DNA from: Aplysia californica
Lineage: Eukaryota
Assembly (NCBI RefSeq): GCF_000002075.1
Contig: NW_004797800.1
Span: 417,159 to 481,158 of the forward strand
DNA length: 64,000 bases
Reading direction: 5' to 3'
In this document: positions 51,460 to 63,325 of the stretch, piece after piece
Numbering within the stretch: the stretch's first letter is position 1
Layout of the letters: the number at the start of each line of letters is the position of its first letter
The notes under the pieces: model-generated
The model's input: the letters and a program-made list of their open reading frames with translations, nothing else
Told to the model about the DNA's origin: nothing
Database searches by the model: none
Made by a program: the position numbers and the translations under genes

Positions 51460-51850
51460 AACATTTTCTTCTCTCTAAGATTGTCTCCTATCACATCCTT
51501 TCCTGCTTTCTAACCATGTTCTGTTATCTGCTTTCGTGTGCCCCCTCCTCTGGGCTCTTTGCGCTTTCTGCAGCCTTCTACTGCTACTCCTTGGCTCCTT
51601 CTTACTGCTGTCTTTCAGCCTGAACCCTTGATCTTATGGTAGATAAGATCTGAGACATAAACTTCTCGGAGAAGGACGAAAAATCTTGGAGGTCCCGTGT
51701 GCAAGTTGTGCACGTTAAAGTCGATAAGAGTAGGCTGCGGCTGCCACCTGGGCTAAATTGAAGATTAATTAATTCCTACCAAAACTGAAAATGTTTAATG
51801 TGCCCCGCGCCCATATGACCTTAAGCAGTTGCTAGCGCCGTAAAACCCCT
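51460..51850 (+). mobile_element. SINE copy (unit C)
   Basis: Body and tail match the 11821 family. Confidence 0.75.
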
Positions 51851-53079
51851 GAGCCAAAAAAAGATTTTGAGGGGAGACCTGGCGTGACTCTTCCAGTTGT
51901 TTGGGGTCGATGACCCCCGTTTCCTTGTTATTCAGTCAGTCTTCCAAAATAAATGCGCAACGCCCCCCACCCCGCCCCTCCCTGAACTTCTGGGGTGAGG
52001 GTAGCAAAATAGCCCAAGGCTCACCAACAGAAATTGTGTGAACTCTTCTAGTGGGATCACTCCGTGAACGTCTCTGCTCAGGTGTCCAGATAATATTTAC
52101 TTGGTACCCATCTTGATGGCTTTGAGTGCTGGACAGTCACTAAAGACTAAAAATAAAATATAAACAACAGAAATGTGGTTTTTGGAGACTGCTGAGAATA
52201 TCGTGGAAGAAAAAAAAGTAAAATGAGGTAGTACTTTTGAGAGGCCCATGTTGGCCGCTCGCTGATAATCATTGGAAAAGAAAAATGCTGTTTTTTGAAT
52301 CACCTGGATTCAAGACATAAAGGCGTTGAACATCTAGCTCTCACTGGAGTGACAGGGAAAGATCAGGTCTCTGATGTGAAGAAAATAAGTACATTGCGTA
52401 GTATTTTTTAATTTCTTGGTGTGTTCATTTGTTTTGTTTTGTTTTTGTTCTGTGTTTGTGGATGTTTTTTGTTGTTTTTTTCCGTTTATATAGAGCGTAA
52501 TGTCATTTAAATATGCGTTATGTTAGAGCTTGTCTCCACCAAAACCGAACACTAACACTGGCAGGCCCCTTATGTGTGATTCCATAGTCTAAAGTGATAT
52601 CCTGTACTTTTTGTTGAATTACACACGTTTAGGGTTAAAACGACCAATTTTCGGATAGGTAGACACACGCCCTATTTATTAATTTTTGTGTTTGTTTATT
52701 TGCGTTTTCTAAATATGATTTCATTCTGTTGTGAAACCTACAAATGATATTCTGGATGCTCAAAACAGAGCACAAGAAATTCTGGTGCTTTAGATTAAAC
52801 TACCTCTATCAACATATTGCTATATACGTTTTCACAGAGAGTTGAAAGCTTGACAATTAATGGCAACTTTTATGGCAGCTTTTGCCATTTTTTGACAAAT
52901 TTTGGACCAAAAAAATAGCAACAAACGCAGATGCTAGCTCTACTAAAACAAACAAAAGATCAGGCTGATCAGGGTAATGTAGCTTTTTTAAAAGAGCATC
53001 CGAGCAAAGGAATGAATGGAGAACCATGTTCGCCGATGTCTGTCGAAGATGACATATCTCTTTCTTTTTTGTCGCTATT

Positions 53080-53860
53080 TTGTAAAAATCTATATCTCCA
53101 GCTGAAGAAAATAGGGAGCATTAGAAAATATCTATCTGTTGGTGTCACCAAAACTTTAATAACATCACTTATATTGTCAAGGATTGATTATTGCAATTCC
53201 TTACTGGCTGGTGTACCCGATGAACAGTTACAACAACTACAAAGAGTACAAAATATTGCTGCCAAAATAATTACAAAAAAACTAAAGCATGATCATGTGA
53301 CTCCTATTTTAAAAGCATTACACTGGCTCCCAGTGAAAGAGCGTATCATATATAAAATCTGTTTAACTTGCTACAAGTGCTTAAATGATTTATCACCGGA
53401 CTATCTAAAACAGCTTTTAACACCCTATGTGCCTCCTAGAACGCTCAGATCATCAAGTGACAAAACAACCCTTGTTAAGCCTAAAATAAATTACAAATCA
53501 TATGGCCAACGCTCTTTTTCGTATTTTGCCCCACTTGTTTGGAATAGGCTTCCAAAATCTATCAGAGAAGCAGAAAATCTAGAAATTTTTAAGAAGAAAC
53601 TAAAATAATTTCTATTTTCATCATATTTAGATTAGACAGAATGCATCCAAGCTGTAGATCGTTGTGAGTTTGTATGTGCGTATGTGCATATGTACGTATG
53701 TGTGTGTGGTGCGTGCGTGAGTGAATATGTGTTTGCATGAGTATGTAACACTATGTACCTTTAAAATTGATTTGTAAATCCATAATATGTATCATGTTAA
53801 GCGCATAGAGCATTGCATAAGTGGATATGCGCTATATAAATGCAATCCATTATTATTATT
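53080..53860 (+). mobile_element. 5'-truncated L2/CR1-group LINE (ORF2 C-terminus plus 3' UTR)
   Basis: LILSRIDYCNSLL...LQRVQN...HVTPILKALHWLPVKERIIYK...RSFSYFAPLVWNRLP...FKKKLK; tail gcgctatataaatgcaatcca(tta)n. Confidence 0.9.
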
Positions 53861-56204
53861 TTCTTTCACTATTGAGCCAAGTGCTTTGCATTTGAAATAA
53901 CACGCTTTCAGCAAGTGGTGAGGCGAAGATGTGTATCAAACCTTTAGAAAAAATTATTATACATGTGCATGTGTCTCTTCCAAGCGTCTCATGATCTTAG
54001 TGGAAGGCTTATTTTGTTTTGTTTTTTACTCTTCAGTACGCCAGTTTGATTTAAAGATTAGATACGTTCTGTTTTTAATACCTTAACCATGCAGCTCTGC
54101 ATGAGAAGGGAAAGTTCTATCTGAAATCTGAATTATTCCAGTCCTTCTATGTTGGCAATCTTGTGTTGCTTTGCTGTGTTCTTCTCTGAAATTTACGATT
54201 ATTCTCGGCAATAAGTTGTTAGAAACTGCCAGATTGCGCACTTCGCACATTCGACTTTTTCCCCCCTGTGCAATAAATGTTCACGTGCGAACCGGCAAAA
54301 ATCTGGTTTTCTTCCCCCTACCTTTCATTCAAGCTTTCTCTCTATCTTAAGGTTTTTGTTGCTGCTGAAAAATCTGAATTGTAAATGTTGAAAGAAAATC
54401 AATATCAGAACAAAACTTTCGCAAATCTGTCTAGATCAAGAGAATCGGCCATTGGGTCGTACCGACATTATGATTTTACGACCGCGTTGCAAGAAACTGA
54501 TGCTTAAAAAGTAAACAAACAAAAACACCAAAAAACTTTATTTTTTCGACATGGGGACATTCGACAGCCGAGCGCGTAGATGAAGGAAAATTAAAGTACA
54601 GGCTTGGTGGTGATATCGTCAAGATCACTGTTCACGGAGTTGCTTACTGTCAATTGTGCTATGACAAATTGTATAGTGGCAATGGAGAAAAAGCCATTTT
54701 CAAACCCCGGAGAGCTCTAAATTTCAATATTTCCCAGGGCTTCGCTCGCCGATACCCCACAGAACCTTGCTGGGGGTCTATGTTGGGGGAAAAAAGAAAC
54801 ATCTTTTTCAGATGCATTTGAACTTGAAGTGCCTGACGCAATGCCGGCGGATAAGGTCTGGAAACTAAATTTTATTATTAGAGCACTGTGCGGCATAGCA
54901 CCCATGTTGGGTGCCTATGCATCATGATGGCTTGTTACTGATTAAAACGGGTTCTGTGATTTAGCATTTTTAAAAACATCAATACTAAGTCCATGATGCA
55001 GCGATTGCCAGATTTTCAACATCACCACATCCCACGCTCTCACAGTCCTTCCAGTCCCGGTTCTCAGTACATGCTCTCTTCTTCTAATGTCTCTTTTTGC
55101 TCTGCTGTGAGCCTAACTATAATGTTTTTCTTTAAATAAGTTTGGTCTTGCATGCTTTTAAAAATCTGTAAATAGTGAAACCCAAATATGGTTTTCCAGT
55201 TGATGTGGTGCCCTTTCCACAAGCCCTGATCAGGATTTATTTATCATTATTTTTAGACGTGAGCTAGTTAATATGTCTGTCATACCTAGTTCACACAGAA
55301 CTTGTCAGTGCTCTATAGGTACGCCATTGTCTGCACTTAATTCCACATTCAATAGTGGTTGAGTAGGTGCCTTAAACGACAGTCCATAATGCTTTTAAAA
55401 ATTCGTCTAGTTTCACCTGTTCATCTTCACTTATACACGCCCAAACACCCCCCCCCCCTTTCCCACATACATAAACACNNNNNNNNNNNNNNNNNNNNNN
55501 NNNNNNNNNNNNNNNNNNNNNNNNNNNNNNNNNNNNNNNNNNNNNNNNNNNNNNNNNNNNNNNNNNNNNNNNNNNNNNNNNNNNNNNNNNNNNNNNNNNN
55601 NNNNNNNNNNNTTCTGTATTTTTAAGGATATCCGTACTTATTGACAGTTCCATTCTTGCTCTCCCATCATTATCAAAGTGTAACAAAGTATAGTAGCGTT
55701 ATGGCTACTGAAATTCCGTAGCAAAGGATCCGTACTGGCTTTCGTATTATCTTGTGTTTGGTTCCGGATATTTAAGGTTATTCTCTAGTCAAAAGTTAAT
55801 AGAAACCTGCCAGATCGCGCACTTCCTGTAATCGGCTATTATGTATTGCATTCATTGTGTATTGGTCGGGAATGCATTTATAACTCCAGATTGGTCCAAA
55901 TCTGGCTAGGCTTGATCGCGTAACTGTTGTGCAAATTCACTCCTTTCTTTCATTCACTCCATCTTTCTGTCTTCGGATTGTTGCCGCGACTGGAAAATCT
56001 GAGCGTTGATCAAGTAAATTGACTCGCGATTCTAGAAAGCAGATCACTATCAGAAAGATACTTTTGCAAATTTTTCTTGACCCAGAGAAATTGTTAGTGC
56101 GAAGTGGTGTTTCGAAATTGTGACATTCGACATTCAAACGTAAATTGGAGGAAAATTAGGGCATACACTGGGTCACGCTATTCTTTATCGCCAAGGTACA
56201 TTTC

Positions 56205-56870
56205 GGGGGCTCTTGTAGCAGAGAGGNNNNNNNNNNNNNNNNNNNNNNNNNNNNNNNNNNNNNNNNNNNNNNNNNNNNNNNNNNNNNNNNNNNNNNNNNN
56301 NNNNNNNNNNNNNNNNNNNNNNNNNNNNNNNNNNNNNNNNNNNNNNNNNNNNNNNNNNNNNNNNNNNNNNNNNNNNNNNNNNNNNNNNNNNNNNNNAAGG
56401 TGTTGGCCTCTCATTCGAATCTGGGTAGCGACCGAAAAATTTTCTTCTCTAAAATTGTCTCCTTTCCCCTCCTTTCCTGCTCTCTAGCAATGTTCTGTCG
56501 TCTGCTTTCGTCTCCACTTTCTGCCCCCACCTTTCACCTCTTTTGCCCCCTCCTCTGGGCTCCTGACTCTTTCTGCAGCCTTTCCACTGGTACTCCTTAG
56601 CTCCTTCTTACTGATGTCTTTCAGCCACACCCCTGATCTTCTGGTAGGAAAGATCTACACCTAGCCTTCTCGGACAAGGGCGAAAAAACTCGGAGGGCCA
56701 GTGTGCAAGTTGTGCACGTTTAGGATCCCTTGGGTATCTAAAATCGAAAAGAGTAGGCTTCGGCCGCCACCCGGGCAAAATTCAAAATTTCCTGCCAACT
56801 GGAAAAGTTTAATGTGTCCCGAGCGCTCATATGACCATATGCAGTTGCGGGCGCTTTAAAACACAAAAAA
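56205..56870 (+). mobile_element. SINE copy, close to the 11821 copy (contains an N gap)
   Basis: High similarity to 11821-12325. Confidence 0.8.
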
Positions 56871-58174
56871 GGTACATGTCTATTCATTATTCCCAGGTTT
56901 GCCTTCTATCAATGAGGCGATGACACAATAATTGAATTATAGATCTACATGTAGGTAGCAATGGCTATGGGAACCTTCATATAAACATTGCCAGCAATGG
57001 AAAGTTTGTGAGAGTAATCCAACAAGACTACATCTTGGTGAAAAAGAAAAGTGTTTTGGGTTGTTGACAATTTCTTCGAATAGACTCCCTTATGTCATTT
57101 TCAACTCCCTGAAAGCACTAAATTTCAATTTCATGCTCGGGGGCCGGCCTCCACGGCCCCCAGACCCCTCGCAAGATTTTCATTATTCTTTAGCTGCAGC
57201 TNNNNNNNNNNNNNNNNNNNNNNNNNNNNNNNNNNNNNNNNNNNNNNNNNNNNNNNNNNNNNNNNNNNNNNNNNNNNNNNNNNNNNNNNNNNNNNNNNNN
57301 NNNNNNNNNNNNNNNNNNNNNNNNNNNNNNNNNNNNNNNNNNNNNNNNNNNNNNNNNNNNNNNNNNNNNNNNNNNNNNNNNNNNNNNNNNNNNNNNNNNN
57401 NNNNNNNNNNNNNNNNNNNNNNNNNNNNNNNNNNNNNNNNNNNNNNNNNNNNNNNNNNNNNNNNNNNNNNNNNNNNNNNNNNNNNNNNNNNNNNNNNNNN
57501 NNNNNNNNNNNNNNNNNNNNNNNNAATTACCCTAAATCGCTCGATGGAAACTACGTGTACCGGGGCAACGGTAAGATTTTCCACCCTTCTTTGTCTTTGT
57601 ACTACCTGATTTTGGGCCTAAATACCTGAAACTGATAATGAATTTTCCTTGTTTTTTGGTATTTATGAGCTTTCTGATTTCCACCTATATCTATTGTTTG
57701 ATGATCTCTTTGCTTAGTAAGTTTTCTTAAACAGCTGGTAAAAAAAAAAAAAGTTCCTGTAGCTTTTTAGAAGTTGTAAATGTCCGTCCGTGTTTGTAGA
57801 CCATGGAGCGGTACGATTTGGACCCTGGTGTCGAAAATGCTTGTCCTGGGTTTTGTTGCTGTATACCCTGACGTCCATGTTTCTTAGTTGTGTGAAAGCA
57901 CCTCTTGCCTTGCCTATTCTTGTCTTTACACCTGCATCTGTTCCTTCAAGCTTATCTGTAATTCTACTTTTGTAAGATGGTAACATTGGGTATGGTTAAT
58001 ATACCCTCCGAGACCACAGAAGAAAGGGTTGGTAAAAGAGTGAAATTGAACATGCGTCGTTTGTAATTAGAGGTGGGTAGGGAGTTAGGCGGATGTATTG
58101 GCAAGCAGATGGAAATCTTGTCATCGACAAAGTATTGGGGGAGTAAGCTATGCCATTGATTTCGGAGTAAATTA

Positions 58175-58760
58175 CAGACTTCCGTGGCAGACTGTCCTGA
58201 TTTTTAAAAAAAAATCTATTTTTAAGAAAAGACGGCAAGGGATGTTTCAATTATTAAAAAATTGTTTGCTCTGAAAATGTTAATGGGTTACCAATGCGTA
58301 CTGCAATGCTTTCTAAAGGGGGAAAAATCATCGCGTGCTGCGCCGGAAATCCTCGGGAAATATTTAGCCAAATTTGATGTTTTTTATTGACTTGTGTGCA
58401 ACACCACGGACATTCCTCAGTTTAAATTCCTGGTGCATGTCATAAACGGACATACGGTCTCGAACTGTGCTCACTTTGGTGGTAATATAAGCCGCCGTTT
58501 GCGCAAAATCCCGTTTCACATCAACGTGCCACCAAGACGAAACTGAGAGACTTACATCGTGCCAGGGCATGGCTGCATGATGGAGTTGGAGCCCGAGAAG
58601 TTGTCCGAAGGCTTGCAGTGTCACACTATGTCATTGTCAGCCTGAGACAGCGCCATCAAGCTACTGGATTTGTCCAAGAACGCCCACGTGCAGGTCGACC
58701 CAAGAAGACCACTCAGACTCACAGTGTTTGCAAGTGGTTCTCAACTTTTGTTGAAGTCTC
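58175..58760 (+). mobile_element. Internally deleted Tc1/mariner element
   Basis: TA on both sides, termini CAGACTTC / GAAGTCTC, empty site in unit C; encodes the HTH remnant AWLHDGVGAREVVRRLAVSHYVIVSLRQRHQATGFVQERPRAGRPKKTT. Confidence 0.78.
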
Positions 58761-59076
58761 TATTTCGTTTGAGAGGATGTATGGACATTTCTCACATGAA
58801 ACCCTCTAACCTGGCGGGAGAGTGAGCAATGTTCACAAGCAGTAGCTGCTTCTGGCCCCTGGGGGAGCGGCGGTATACTCCCTCATTGCACGCGCCTTGT
58901 CTGAATCATACTATTGTATGTGNNNNNNNNNNNNNNNNNNNNNNNNNNNNNNNNNNNNNNNNNNNNNNNNNNNNNNNNNNNNNNNNNNNNNNNNNNNNNN
59001 NNNNNNNNNNNNNNNNNNNNNNNNNNNNNNNNNNNNNNNNNNNNNNNNNNNNNNNNNNNNNNNNTGCATGGGACGG

Positions 59077-59116
<40 letters not shown>

Positions 59117-59625
59117 GGGATGAGACAGATAGTGAGTAAGAAATAGGGAGAGAGAAGAGAACGATAGATATGGGATTGAAATTGAAGGTGAATGATTGGG
59201 GGGGGGGGGGGTCCGAAGAAATATTGTTTGGGCTTATAAATAGGGGGCTGAAGAGTTGGTTATTTTACTTGAGCTTGCCATTTTTTCCCCCAACATAAGG
59301 CGTCATATCCAGCTACAGGAATTCGCAATATGTTAATTTCTTGTGTACGCAACGTTCACCTGATTGGATATTATGTCATACTTCTGCTGGTTTTATGTAC
59401 CATATTGAACTTGTATTAGATTCTGCCACACATTGCCACTCTACGAGAAACAAGAAAGGAAACTTAATTTAAAAAAAAACACAAGTGCTTTTATTTTGGA
59501 TTTCAACTGACATCACAAGTTAATCGTTGCCATTTATTGTGATACAGTGTTCGACACTTTAATGTCTGGGGGCCGTGTCCTTGTCTTCGTCCGGGATTCC
59601 GTTTGACTGGTGTTGTTGATGGGGT

Positions 59626-61988
59626 TTATGCTGCGGCGGCGGCCTTGGTCACACCGGCGAGGGCTTGACCCAAAGCTTGCTGGATGCCCTGGGTGATGGC
59701 TTGACCAGCGCAGGTGACAGGACAGGCTGATGTGCAGACAGACACTTGGCCTTTGCAGATGATCTGGTTGAAGCTGTTCGCGTTTTGGGCCTCGCATGCG
59801 GCGTTCCTGCTGTGGCAGTTGGCGAGGCATTTGGCGTTGCAGGAACAGGTCTGTCCGCAGGCACCGTTGCAGGCAGCTTTGTTGGCAGCACAGCTGATCA
59901 GGGGGTAGACATCCACGCACAGGGAGCCAATGGTCTCACACAACAGGCTGCATCCGTCTCCACAGAGTGCGGTACCAGCGTCTTGAGCCATGACAGCTCC
60001 GACCAGAACGGCGGCGGATAGAAATACAATGGCTGGGGATGGGGAAAAGGGCGAATGAGTTTGGTGTTGCATAAGAGAATACATTTTTGCCTTTTGATGG
60101 GTATTGATTTATGTTGGGGAAAAAAGACCCGAATTTAGCTAAAATAAGACAATTGCTCGTGCTACTTGTTCTTTTTTCTAGTTGGATGCTTTTGTAACGT
60201 CTCAGAACTTTGTTACCTTCGTTGTTGGTGGTTGGCGAGTGTTATGGTGTGGTTACGAAAAGAAACACATCGACTTTGTGTCTATACATTTTATACTGTT
60301 AAATCGCCAATCTGATTATTTAAAGATAAGATACCTTGGAATGTAATACAGCTGAGCCTGTCAAGACGGCCACCTTTCAACCCCCCCCCCTTCCAATCCC
60401 CACCCTGCGTTTTTCCCTTTATAATTGCACTGAACAAAATGATAACCTGTCCAACGCGGTCATGGTCATTTAATTATTTTTTTTACCAGCAGCCCAAAAC
60501 TTGTCTAAGATGACATGCAAACTTCTCACCCCCGATGCTATGCCATAGATTGTTATATCGACCCAGACGCTGAGGACGAGCGTCATAATCCATTCACCCT
60601 GTCTTTATTGTTAGTCCCTCATGTTCGCTCCCACTGTTTACCCAACTTGACCAGTCGGTATCGAATTTTCAGGTGCTTGTGAGAGAGGCGTGTGAACCGT
60701 CATAATCCATTAAACCGCCCTTAGCTCTAACCATATACGAATCATAAAGGGCACCAACATGTAATTCTGACAGAAATGTGGGGGCGACCAATTTATTTGT
60801 TTTACCATGACACTCTGCCGTCTTCGTCTAACGCATTTGGTCTTGTTTTACGCTTGCACACTCTCTTCTTCGTCTGATACACGTCGTGGAATTTAACTTT
60901 CACAGCAGCTGTGAAACATCCATTTCCACCTTTTCCCCAAAGGGAGAGACAAAACCCCCGAACATTCTAATGGGCTTTACGTCTGTCTTAAGCTTGCTGT
61001 CTCCGGTGGCGACACCAGAATGGAATGTTTTTTGGTGGCTTTTTTTTTTCATTTTGATCAGTCAAACCTGAGACGATAACTTGTCTAAGACGGCCACTTC
61101 CCAATTGCATTGTTGTACAAACAAGACATTGACGTCACTAAACGTGCATTGGAGGCTCCTTTTCCTGTTGTATAAAACCCTATCTCTCGATAGGTTTACG
61201 CTCAAATTTGTCTGCCCCCTATGTACTTTATTAATGGAAACGACCTATACACTGACTCTTTACGTTACAGAGGTGTTTTCTCGTTTGTCTTTGTCANNNN
61301 NNNNNNNNNNNNNNNNNNNNNNNNNNNNNNNNNNNNNNNNNNNNNNNNNNNNNNNNNNNNNNNNNNNNNNNNNNNNNNNNNNNNNNNNNNNNNNNNNNNN
61401 NNNNNNNNNNNNNNNNNNNNNNNNNNNNNNNNNNNNNNNNNNNNNNNNNNNNNNNNNNNNNNNNNNNNNNNNNNNNNNNNNNNNNNNNNNNNNNNNNNNN
61501 NNNNNNNNNNNNNNNNNNNNNNNCTGTCGGTCCACTTTTTTGTTCTGTGAATATCGTCGGCGAAATTATTATCATGAGTTGTGACTGTAATCGCCATCCC
61601 CTGAATTTTGGCGGATTGTTAGAGGGCACTACTGGTACGGTCTGTTCCTGTTCTTTTCGTCTGTTGTTTCTGTTTATCTGTCTTTCTTCTTCCCTGCGCT
61701 ACGTGACCGTTATTGTGTCCACGCCCTTCTATTTACTTAAGGAAATCCCTGAAAGTAAGTTTTCCCGTCTCAATTGAAATATAATTTTAGCTACTAATAT
61801 GTTATCAGTGGGGATGTAGATTGAGTAAAAGAGGTGCAAGGCAGTCGAAAAGTCTCTTGTTCAAAGTAATTTAAACAGTCGAGTAACTTAAAGGAACTCA
61901 ATTTTTGTTAATATCATTCGTGTTATTGTCACCCAGAGGTGGTCTCCGTTGTCCCATTTGTTGAGAGAGAGAGGGGGGGGAGGAAAGG

Positions 61989-62024
<36 letters not shown>

Positions 62025-62375
62025 GAGAGAAAGAGAGACAGAGACAGACGTTAACAAAGTAGCAAAGTAAAGAAAACCCTTTCTGACTATTTAAAAAAAC
62101 AACTGAACACTTAGGGTTGGACGTCCCAATCCCGTTAGAATCAGTTGAGTAAGTGTATTGTTTACCCACGCTCCATTGTATATGCCAAATTACAGTTTGC
62201 GTCCCTCCTCTATTACAACTTTTTGAAAAAACCCTCAAAATAGCTGACAGTTGTTTAGTGAACCCTCTCTAAAGATGTTTGGTTTTTGTTTTAGATTGAA
62301 CTACTAAATCAGAATTTTCGGACAGAAATGAGAAAATAACAAGTAAAGTTAAGAGAACTCACCGAATTTGTTCAT
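59626..62375 (-). CDS. Secreted 16-Cys protein, copy D, 139 aa, two exons
   Basis: Exon 1 62375-62363 (ATGAACAAATTCG|gtgagt) plus exon 2 60032-59626. TATAAATA 62480-62473; AATAAA 59495-59490. Confidence 0.9.
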
Positions 62376-62472
62376 GGTGCTTGGTGGATGAGCTGGTCCC
62401 TTGTGAGATGCCAAAAAGTGTGCAAGGAGCGTAAGATGCCAAGAAGTGTGTAGATAGCTTGAGTGGTCTGGG

Positions 62473-62520
62473 TATTTATACCATCGTCCGCCGAGTTTAG
62501 TAATTGTTTTTTGCATAGTG
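62473..62520 (-). promoter_or_regulatory. TATA box of copy D
   Basis: TATAAATA about 98 bp upstream of the ATG; flank homologous to A and B. Confidence 0.7.
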
Positions 62521-62929
62521 TAAAATTAAGTCCACCCATGCATTTTTCTCTTTGAGAACTCCTGATCTTAATGAATTTTAATTTTTCCATTCTTTTGTAG
62601 TTTCGAGTCATGTCCGTTGCAATTTATTGCTTTTTGTGATCCATACTAATGTTAATGTGATATTGTTGGGTTCAAATGTCCGAGCACTGAATCAGGATTT
62701 GAGAGACTGCATCTCTCAGCTAATTTGTCTGGAAGCCCACATAAAAAATATGNNNNNNNNNNNNNNNNNNNNNNNNNNNNNNNNNNNNNNNNNNNNNNNN
62801 NNNNNNNNNNNNNNNNNNNNNNNNNNNNNNNNNNNNNNNNNNNNNNNNNNNNNNNNNNNNNNNNNNNNNNNNNNNNNNNNNACAAAATTATCGAGTAAGC
62901 ATTTCGTTTGAAACCAGACAGCGACATAA

Positions 62930-63325
62930 AATGTTTTAGTCTCCTTTTTTCTCCTTTCACATCTTTTCTTGCTTTCTAACCTTGTTCTGTTATCTGCTTT
63001 TGTCTCCACTTTTGCCCCCTCCTCTGTGCTCCCCGCTCTTTCTGCAGCCTTCTATATTTCTTGGCACCTTCTTACTGCTGTTTTTCAGCCACACCCCTGA
63101 TCTTAGGGTAGGTAAAATCTAACAACTATTCTTCTCGGATAAGGACGAAAAATCCTGGAGGTCTTGTGTGCAAAAGTTGTGCACGTGAAAGATCCTTTTG
63201 TGGTCCAAAATCGATAAGAGCAGACTTCGACTGCCACTCGTGTAAAATTAAAAATGAATTCCAACCAAAACTGGCCAGCTCGTATGACCGTATGCAGTTG
63301 CGAGCGCCGCAAAACACGCACCTAA
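62930..63325 (+). mobile_element. SINE copy (unit D)
   Basis: Body and tail match the family. Confidence 0.72.

Noticed and set aside
52931-53608. 225-aa ORF as a host gene
   Set aside because: Chance fusion of unrelated upstream sequence to an L2/CR1 ORF2 C-terminus.
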